The position numbers and the translations under genes were made by a program. From Minisyncoccota bacterium (GTDB lineage Bacteria > Patescibacteriota > Minisyncoccia > Phycocordibacterales > CSBR16-193): a stretch of DNA of 64,000 bases. The DNA is taken from assembly GCA_040905715.1 (NCBI GenBank), contig JBBDRA010000003.1, positions 199,075 to 263,074 on the forward strand, in the 5' to 3' direction. Under the pieces are notes generated by a model. That model searched no databases. It saw nothing but the letters and a program-made list of their open reading frames with translations, and was not told where the DNA came from. Of the stretch, positions 57,186-64,000 are shown one piece after another (the stretch's first letter is position 1; each line of letters starts with the position of its first letter).

Positions 57186-57460
57186 GCCAGAAGATCCTCC
57201 TTTATTTATGAGGTGTAACAATACGGTTCGGCCGGTGTCATAATATATAACTATGCGTACCTCGGCGTCCTGTTAAAGGTGCGCATGTTTTGGATATGGA
57301 AAAGTTTTATTCATTTTTTGCGATGGCCGTGCTCCTGGCGTCTTTGCTATTTGGAGCATACCTCGTTAAAGCTGCGTTTGAGGGCCTGTGAGAACTGGTC
57401 TAGATAGTGCGTCGTTCCGTGTATGTTTGTGTTTATAAGCTAGTAGTTCTCTATAGTAAT

Positions 57461-57916
57461 ATGCTTACCCTCGTTCCCTCGATCAGTATCAATGCATCAA
57501 AAGAGAAGGTATGGGAAACTATGCTGGATGATCTCACGTATCGTGAATGGACGAGCGAGTTTAGAGAAGGGTCGCACTACGTCGGTGACTGGAGCGAGGG
57601 AAGCAAAATACTTTTTCTAGCTCCGGACAAAACAGGCGATGTGAGTTCGGGTATGGTGAGTAAGGTCAAAGAGAGCAGACCGTGTGAATTTCTAGCGCTG
57701 GAACATCTCGGTGTTGTGGTAGATGGTAAAGAAGATCTGTCGAGTGAGGCGACACAAGGGTTGGCCGGTGCACTTGAGTGCTATACCTTGAGGGATCTTG
57801 GTGGTGGGATTACTGAGGTTGTTGTTGAAATGGATTGTGAAGAAAAGGAACAAAAGGTTCTCGAGCAAGCGTGGCTAAGGGCGCTCAAGAAGCTTAAGGA
57901 GTTATCTGAAAAATAA
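57461..57916 (+). CDS. SRPBCC/START-fold protein
   Basis: INASKEKVW...TYREWT..F.EGS...GDW.EGS; W..AL.KLKEL.E. Confidence 0.8.
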   Translation: MLTLVPSISINASKEKVWETMLDDLTYREWTSEFREGSHYVGDWSEGSKILFLAPDKTGDVSSGMVSKVKESRPCEFLALEHLGVVVDGKEDLSSEATQGLAGALECYTLRDLGGGITEVVVEMDCEEKEQKVLEQAWLRALKKLKELSEK

Positions 57917-57921
57917 ATACT

Positions 57922-58335
57922 ATGAAAACAACACTTAATCCGTACATCATGTTTGACGATGCTACTGCTGACGCTATGAAATTCTATCAGTCGGTATTTG
58001 GAGGAGACCTTGAAATGCAAACGTACGGTGAAGCCGGTATGGCACAGTCTTCACCGCAGAAAGATAGGATCATTCATGCTTCGCTAACAAGTGACGTCAT
58101 TGCTATAATGGCAAGCGATATAGATCCGAAACACAGTCCGACACTGATGGTGGGGAATAATGTCGCTTTAAGTATTGTTGGTTCTGATAAAGAACTCTTA
58201 ACTGAGTATTTTTTAAAGCTTTCAATGGGAGGTACGGTTGAAATGCGACTCGAAAAACAGTTCTGGGGCGACCTGTTCGGCTCACTGGAAGACAAGTTTG
58301 GGATCCACTGGATGGTTAATATATCTGAGGAGTAA
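57922..58335 (+). CDS. VOC family PhnB-like protein
   Basis: LNPYIMF, FYQSVFGG, IIHASL, FWGDLFGSLEDKFGIHWM. Confidence 0.88.
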   Translation: MKTTLNPYIMFDDATADAMKFYQSVFGGDLEMQTYGEAGMAQSSPQKDRIIHASLTSDVIAIMASDIDPKHSPTLMVGNNVALSIVGSDKELLTEYFLKLSMGGTVEMRLEKQFWGDLFGSLEDKFGIHWMVNISEE

Positions 58336-58431
58336 GTGTTTCTCTTATACGAAAAGTAATAGATCAAGTGCTGTTGTTTGAACGCCTCAACGCGTTGAGG
58401 CGTTGAACAGAGGTCTGGTATACTCAGGGTA

Positions 58432-58941
58432 ATGGAGATCAGATCAACGATGACGTCAGCCATATCAGGATCAACATTTGATGTGATATATCGAGAAGCT
58501 GATCCGGTTCAGGATCTCAAGGGCGCATCGTTGCAGGGAGTTCATGCGTATTGTTTTTATGATGACAGACTTGTTATAGTCTATGCTGAATCAAAAGGAT
58601 ACTGGACACCGCCCGGTGGCGGTATCGAAGAACGCGAATCATTTGAAGAGGCGGTAGTGCGAGAAGTGCAAGAGGAAACAAATATGAAAGTGCTTCATCA
58701 GGAGTTTATCGGATACCAGGACATCTTTGAGCCTGGTAGGGTTATTCGTCAGACTCGGTCGTTTTGTATTGTTGAACCGTATGGTGATTTTATCTCTGAC
58801 CCCGACGGTGAGATAACTGAGATAAAGCAGATAGAGCCAGGTGAGTATAAAAAGTATTTTGATTGGGGAGAGATTGGCGATCATATTTTTGACAGAGTAA
58901 TACAGTGTAAAAGTAGGTATGAGAGTAAGTATGAAAGCTAG
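58432..58941 (+). CDS. NUDIX hydrolase
   Basis: PGGGIEERESFEEAVVREVQEE Nudix box. Confidence 0.88.
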   Translation: MEIRSTMTSAISGSTFDVIYREADPVQDLKGASLQGVHAYCFYDDRLVIVYAESKGYWTPPGGGIEERESFEEAVVREVQEETNMKVLHQEFIGYQDIFEPGRVIRQTRSFCIVEPYGDFISDPDGEITEIKQIEPGEYKKYFDWGEIGDHIFDRVIQCKSRYESKYES

Positions 58942-58974
58942 TATGAGAGCAAGGATCTATAGTTACGTCGCGGT

Positions 58975-59223
58975 ATGAACTACACTGTTTATATTCTCGA
59001 ATGCGCTGACGGGACGTTGTATACCGGATCCACTAATGATCTGGAGAAGCGGTTACATCAGCATAACCATGCAAAAGCCGGCGCTCACTACACCAAGATT
59101 CGGCGTCCGGTGACTCTTGCATACTCAGAGCGGTTCGAAACCATGAGTGAGGCACGGAAACGTGAGTGTGAACTGAAAAAACTTACGCGCGAGGAGAAAA
59201 TACTTCTGATCAGCAGTAGCTAG
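58975..59223 (+). CDS. GIY-YIG nuclease family (UPF0213)
   Basis: VYILECADGTLYTGSTNDLEKRLHQHN...GA.YT..RRPV. Confidence 0.88.
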   Translation: MNYTVYILECADGTLYTGSTNDLEKRLHQHNHAKAGAHYTKIRRPVTLAYSERFETMSEARKRECELKKLTREEKILLISSS

Positions 59224-59285
59224 CGTGGTCGTTTTACGGCTTGATATGATAGCATGAATAAAATCATGGTATAGGAAAAGTTTGT

Positions 59286-60248
59286 ATGTATTACTGGAAA
59301 CGAAGTGTGGTTGCGATAGCTATGGTGGCATTAGGGAGTGCGATCATCTTTTTTGCGTCTCAGGAAACCTCTACGGTGGAATTTTCAAGGAGCGAAAGTA
59401 GTGTAGATACCGCCAAAACCCAAGAGGCCGGTACCAGTAGCTCACAACAAGTGAGTGAAGACGAGCTGTTGCCGGACATTAGAGTGTTTGAGCCGCGAGA
59501 CGTAAAAGTTGTCGAGAAGGATGACCGAACGCTGCTTGTTTTTAGTACGATCTATTACAACCAGGGAGAGGGTCCGCTTGAGCTGGTGGCCGACCCGGAT
59601 ACAGCTGATGAAGAAGGGGATGTTGAGCGCAGTGTATTTCAGAACATTTATAATAACGAGGATGAAATACGCCAGGTACAGGTGGGTACGTTCGTGTGGC
59701 ATGGTGAGCATGGCCATTATCACTTCTCTGACTTTGTGGACTTTCGTCTTGAGCCGACTTCAAAAACAACAGATGAACATGGTGTTGCTGCTGATGATAT
59801 CTCTGCGAAAAATAAAGCTACTTTCTGCGTACGTGATGTGAGCCGGGTCTATGCCGGAGTAGAGAGTGCGCCCGATGACGCAATATATCGAGTTTGTGAC
59901 AAGGAGAAACAAGGCGTTTCAGTGGGGTGGGGCGACACCTACTTTTTTGATTATCCGGATCAGGATATTGACGTGACCGATCTGCCGGCCGGAGAATACC
60001 GTTTGGTATTTGAGGGAAATCCCGAACGGAGATTCCGAGAGTCGAATCACGAGAACAATGTAAGCTGGGCTTTGATAGAACTTGACCCTGAGTCACAGAC
60101 AGTAGATGTGCTTGAGCTTGAACCGTCAGATCCACCGGAGGTTGAGCACTTGTATCCGGAGCAGGATTTTGAGAGCGGTGCGTCAGATATTGAGTATATA
60201 AATCAATGGGAAACCGCAAAGAAGCATAGAAATACAGAAAGGGAATAG
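59286..60248 (+). CDS. Membrane-anchored lysyl-oxidase-like protein
   Basis: WHGEHGHYHF Cu-binding motif, KATFC, GVSVGWGDTY, QDIDVTDLPAGEY, ESNHENN. Confidence 0.75.
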   Translation: MYYWKRSVVAIAMVALGSAIIFFASQETSTVEFSRSESSVDTAKTQEAGTSSSQQVSEDELLPDIRVFEPRDVKVVEKDDRTLLVFSTIYYNQGEGPLELVADPDTADEEGDVERSVFQNIYNNEDEIRQVQVGTFVWHGEHGHYHFSDFVDFRLEPTSKTTDEHGVAADDISAKNKATFCVRDVSRVYAGVESAPDDAIYRVCDKEKQGVSVGWGDTYFFDYPDQDIDVTDLPAGEYRLVFEGNPERRFRESNHENNVSWALIELDPESQTVDVLELEPSDPPEVEHLYPEQDFESGASDIEYINQWETAKKHRNTERE

Positions 60249-60381
60249 TGCATCAGGCAGGATTTGCCAATAAGAATAAACTAAGCTATAGTAGTAATCC
60301 TACTGGAGCCCCTCCGTACGCGGGGTTTTCTTTTTTACACAGATAGTACGTAGAGATTAGACAAGAAGTTTAAACATTAGT

Positions 60382-62187
60382 ATGGAAATTCGAAATATAG
60401 CTATTATTGCCCACGTAGACCACGGCAAGACCACTCTGACTGATGAGATCATCAAGCAGACCGGAACCGGTAAGCAGGGAGTCTCTATGGACTCTAATGA
60501 TCTCGAAAAGGAGCGAGGAATCACTATCTACGCCAAGAACACCTCGGCGTACTATAAAGATACGAAGATCAATATTCTGGATACACCGGGTCACGCTGAC
60601 TTTGGCTCTGAGGTTGAGCGTGTACTGCGTTCGGTGGATTCAGTACTGTTGGTTGTGGATGCAGCCGAAGGTCCGATGCCGCAGACCAAATTCGTTTTGA
60701 AAAAGTCGCTTGAGTTAGGGCTCAAGCCGATTCTTGTTTTAAATAAAATAGATAAACCGGGAGCTGATGTTGAGAAAGCACATGAAGCAGTGTACGAGCT
60801 TTTCTTTGACCTTGGCGCAACCGACGAGCAGCTTGATTTTGAGACGGTGTATGCGATAGGTGTGGAGGGTGTGGCCAAACGAACCATGGAGGAGGAGGCA
60901 AAAGATCTCTCTCCGATCCTAGACCTTATCCTCGAGAAAGTAGAGCCTGCTTACAGCGACGAGAGAAAGGCAGAGCCTCTAAAGGCTCAGGTGTTTAACC
61001 TTGCGTATGATAACTTTCTTGGGCGTATGGGTATTTGCCGCGTGTATGCCGGCACAGTAAAGAAGAATCAGAGTGTGTTCGTGAAAACAGAAGGAAAAGA
61101 AACCTTTAGTGGCAAGGTGAGCAAACTCTTTACCTTCGAGGGTATTGAAAAAATGGAGGTAGATGAAGCGGTGACCGGAGACATTGTGATGATCGCCGGT
61201 ATTCCGGACATTTTTATCGGCCAGACCCTTCTTGACTCAGAAGAAGGAGAGCCGTTGCCGGCTATTGAGGTGGATGAGCCGACGCTGTCGTTCAATATGC
61301 TTGTGAACGACTCACCGTTTGGTGGAAAGGTTGGTAAGTATCTCACGTCACGCCAGATACGAGATAGGCTTGAGAAGGAGCTTGAGGTAAACGTAGGCTT
61401 ACGGGTTGATTTCTCTAATGACAATGCGTTCAAGGTCTACGGTCGAGGCGAGCTTCATCTTGCGGTACTTATCGAGAATATGCGACGCGAAGGGTTTGAG
61501 CTTTCTGTGTCTCAACCTGAGGTTATTGTTAAAGATGTCGATGGGGTAAAGAGCGAACCGTTTGAAGAGGTTACGATTCTTGTACCGGAGGGTATGTCCG
61601 GAACGGTTATCGAAAAACTTTCTAACCGACGCGGATCAATGATGGACATGAAGCAAGAGGGAACGCAGAGCAGAATAACGTTTCATGTGCCAACACGCGG
61701 TCTTCTGGGATATCGAGGCGAGTTTGTGGTAGATACCAAAGGTGAAGGGATAATGACCAGTGTGTTTCATTCATTTCAGCCGTATGCCGGAGTGATCAAC
61801 AAGACCGAGTATGGCTCAATGGTATCGATGGCCAACGGCAAAGCGCTTGCGTTTGCTCTGGCAACACTTCAGGAGCGCGGCGTACTGTATATAGACCCGG
61901 GAACAGAGGTGTACGAAGGAATGGTGATCGGCTACACCACAAAGGGTGAGGACATGGTCGTGAATCCAACTAAAGGAAAGCAGCTTACAAACATGCGTGC
62001 CTCCGGTTCAGACGGTACGGTTCAGTTGGCTCCACCGCTTAAGCTTACTCTTGAGCAGGCACTTGGAGCGATGCTTGATGATGAGTATCTAGAGGTAACA
62101 CCGGAAGCGATCCGGCTGCGTAAGCGATACCTGACCGAAAATGATCGCAAGAAGCATGGTCGGCAAACGGTTAAAGCAGGGGAATAA
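60382..62187 (+). CDS. typA: Translational GTPase TypA/BipA
   Basis: AHVDHGKTT, ERGITI, DTPGHADF, NKID, GRGELHL, KQLTNMRASG. Confidence 0.96.
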   Translation: MEIRNIAIIAHVDHGKTTLTDEIIKQTGTGKQGVSMDSNDLEKERGITIYAKNTSAYYKDTKINILDTPGHADFGSEVERVLRSVDSVLLVVDAAEGPMPQTKFVLKKSLELGLKPILVLNKIDKPGADVEKAHEAVYELFFDLGATDEQLDFETVYAIGVEGVAKRTMEEEAKDLSPILDLILEKVEPAYSDERKAEPLKAQVFNLAYDNFLGRMGICRVYAGTVKKNQSVFVKTEGKETFSGKVSKLFTFEGIEKMEVDEAVTGDIVMIAGIPDIFIGQTLLDSEEGEPLPAIEVDEPTLSFNMLVNDSPFGGKVGKYLTSRQIRDRLEKELEVNVGLRVDFSNDNAFKVYGRGELHLAVLIENMRREGFELSVSQPEVIVKDVDGVKSEPFEEVTILVPEGMSGTVIEKLSNRRGSMMDMKQEGTQSRITFHVPTRGLLGYRGEFVVDTKGEGIMTSVFHSFQPYAGVINKTEYGSMVSMANGKALAFALATLQERGVLYIDPGTEVYEGMVIGYTTKGEDMVVNPTKGKQLTNMRASGSDGTVQLAPPLKLTLEQALGAMLDDEYLEVTPEAIRLRKRYLTENDRKKHGRQTVKAGE

Positions 62188-62194
62188 CTAATAC

Positions 62195-62221
62195 AAAAAA
62201 GCGGCTTCAGCCGCTTTTTTA
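62195..62221. terminator. Bidirectional terminator
   Basis: AAAAAAGCGGC/GCCGCTTTTTT. Confidence 0.75.
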
Positions 62222-62237
62222 CTACCGATTCGCAATG

Positions 62238-62654
62238 TTATTTTGCCGGATGGATCGTTCGCCAAGTTTTACGCGCCAGTTTTTTTGTACGCTGAACGTT
62301 GGAAACCGCGGCAAGAGCTCGAATAACTCGAAGGGATCGGGCGATACGAAGAATGCGAAGTGAACGTGTTGCCTCAGCATTGATCGGTACAGACGAGAGC
62401 AGGTTGAGCCAGTTCTCCTTGGCGTATCTGTTCCGTCGGGTGCTTGTTGTAAAACCGACGATGAAATCCGCAAGAAATATCCAGGCGACGGCAAGATCAA
62501 AGCTCTGAAGAATAACAAGCTGGTCCGGAGGAGGTGATAGCAGCATCTCGTAGGCGAGAAACAGAAGGCTCAGTATTGCCATCACCCCGAGCGTGGATTC
62601 ATAGAGGTATCCGTGCTGGGCTTTATATATCTGGGTTCGAATGAAGGTGCTCAT
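62238..62654 (-). CDS. Stand-alone voltage-sensor-like (S1-S4) protein without a pore domain
   Basis: S2 IFLADF, S3 NWLNLLSSVP, S4 RSLRILRIARSLRVIRAL. Confidence 0.65.
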   Translation of the reverse strand: MSTFIRTQIYKAQHGYLYESTLGVMAILSLLFLAYEMLLSPPPDQLVILQSFDLAVAWIFLADFIVGFTTSTRRNRYAKENWLNLLSSVPINAEATRSLRILRIARSLRVIRALAAVSNVQRTKKLARKTWRTIHPAK

Positions 62655-62676
62655 AGAAGATATTCACGCAGGATCG

Positions 62677-64000
62677 TTAGCGTTTTTCGTTGTGACGCCG
62701 TGCAACCTTCCAGATCTCATCTACTACGATAACTGATAGGGCAACCGGAATGATCATGAGCCAGTACATTGCCGCGATCGGCTCGAAGCCGAGAAGGTTT
62801 GAGAGAAATGGTGTGTAGAGTGCTGAAACATGAAGAATGATAACAAGCGTGAATGCCCCCAGCAGGTACTTGTTGGCAGCCATGCTCTCCTGGAAAACAG
62901 AGTCGTAGTCTGAGCGACAAGTCCAGATCTTGGTCCACTGGAAGGCAGCCATGGTCGTTACTGCTACGGTAATAGCATACGGCAGGGTTTCATGAGAAAG
63001 AGCGAACACAAACATTCCGAGTGAACCGACAACCATTGTCCCGGCCTTGATCGACATACGCTGAAGCATAAATCCTTCCACGATCCACTTGCTTGGTTTG
63101 GGAAATGAGCGTCGAAGCAAATTCTTTTCCTTTGGTTCCATGGCAAGCGCAACATCGAGGAATCCATCGGTAACGAAGTTTAACCAGATGATCTGTGCGG
63201 CGGTGATCGGAACCGGCAGACCGACTGCTAGTGCGGTGATAATAATAAAGATCTCACCAAGACTGGTCGTAAAGAGGAAAAGTGTTACTTTCTTGATGTT
63301 CTGATGGATCGCTCGGCCTTCTTCGATAGCTGCGGCGATACTTGAGATGTTGTCATCCATCAGCACTAGGTCTGATGCCTCTTTGGCAACTTCGGTCCCT
63401 TGTTTACCCATTGCTACACCGAGATTAGCAGAGACGAGTGAAAGCGCGTCATTCACTCCGTCGCCGGTCATGGCGATCGTTTCACCGCGGGCTTTAAAGG
63501 CGGCGATGATGCGCAGTTTATGATCCGGAGAGACACGGGCAAACACACTGACATTTTCGACGCGCTCAGCAAGCTCGCTATCGCTGAGGTTGTCGATCTC
63601 TACTCCTTCCATGATACCGTCACCATCCTTGTAGATCCCCGAGGCTTTCGCGATCGCTTGAGCGGTGATCTTATGGTCGCCGGTTATCATCATCATGCGC
63701 ACGCCAGCGCCTTCAATGGTCGCAACCGATTCCGCAACATTTTCTCGTAGTGCATCTCGCATAGCATACAGACCTTCGAATGTGAGACCGGAAATATCAT
63801 CCGGGGAGAGTGAATCTTTTTCAAGAGAATGTTTGGCAAACGCAAGCACGCGATATCCGTTTCCTGACAGTTCGTTAATCTGACCGGTTATCTTCTCTCG
63901 TGCATCTTCTGTTAGCTCGATGGCATTGTCTCCTTCGAAATGTTTGTCGCATTTCTCGAGCAGGATCTCCGGCGCACCTACAACGACCATCATTTTCTCG
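62677..64000 (-). CDS. Cation-transporting P-type ATPase (type II-like); 5' part outside the window
   Basis: MITGDH, FARVSPDHK, MTGDGVND, QIIWLNFVTDG. Confidence 0.92.
   Translation of the reverse strand, partial: EKMMVVVGAPEILLEKCDKHFEGDNAIELTEDAREKITGQINELSGNGYRVLAFAKHSLEKDSLSPDDISGLTFEGLYAMRDALRENVAESVATIEGAGVRMMMITGDHKITAQAIAKASGIYKDGDGIMEGVEIDNLSDSELAERVENVSVFARVSPDHKLRIIAAFKARGETIAMTGDGVNDALSLVSANLGVAMGKQGTEVAKEASDLVLMDDNISSIAAAIEEGRAIHQNIKKVTLFLFTTSLGEIFIIITALAVGLPVPITAAQIIWLNFVTDGFLDVALAMEPKEKNLLRRSFPKPSKWIVEGFMLQRMSIKAGTMVVGSLGMFVFALSHETLPYAITVAVTTMAAFQWTKIWTCRSDYDSVFQESMAANKYLLGAFTLVIILHVSALYTPFLSNLLGFEPIAAMYWLMIIPVALSVIVVDEIWKVARRHNEKR

Overview
Chromosomal segment of a small-genome bacterium. 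Gene content and style suggest Patescibacteria/CPR (Parcubacteria-like); this is inference, as no rRNA is present. Standard genetic code. Housekeeping genes (clp ATPases, alr, rpmG, miaA, parB, topA, dprA, serS, ftsQ-like, dus, dnaX, ABC-F, mgtE, typA, P-type ATPase) and four tRNAs (Tyr, Trp, Leu, Gln) are interspersed with many self-contained orphan cassettes. An ~11.8 kb AT-richer element (large serine recombinase, gpII/X-like Rep, membrane/secreted cargo, DUF4238) is integrated at the 3' end of tRNA-Trp. The recombination core lies inside the integrase gene: when integrated, the C-terminus is read from the antisense strand of the tRNA; after excision a different in-frame tail (QGLMDDVRT...) would be spliced on. 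Other highlights: palindromic elements bounded by copies of the T-arm of the neighbouring tRNA at three loci; a signal-peptide-bearing tandem HU protein; an unassigned ~380 nt structured RNA with its own promoter and terminator, lying between two paralogous 'Zn-ribbon + RKIxILAxLxFAALC peptide' mini-operons; switch-like RNA leaders; a tRNA-Leu/miaA junction with a 3-nt spacer; and a leuCD/dapB block with flanking direct repeats. No CRISPR array, rRNA or reverse transcriptase was seen. All calls were made by eye, without database searches.
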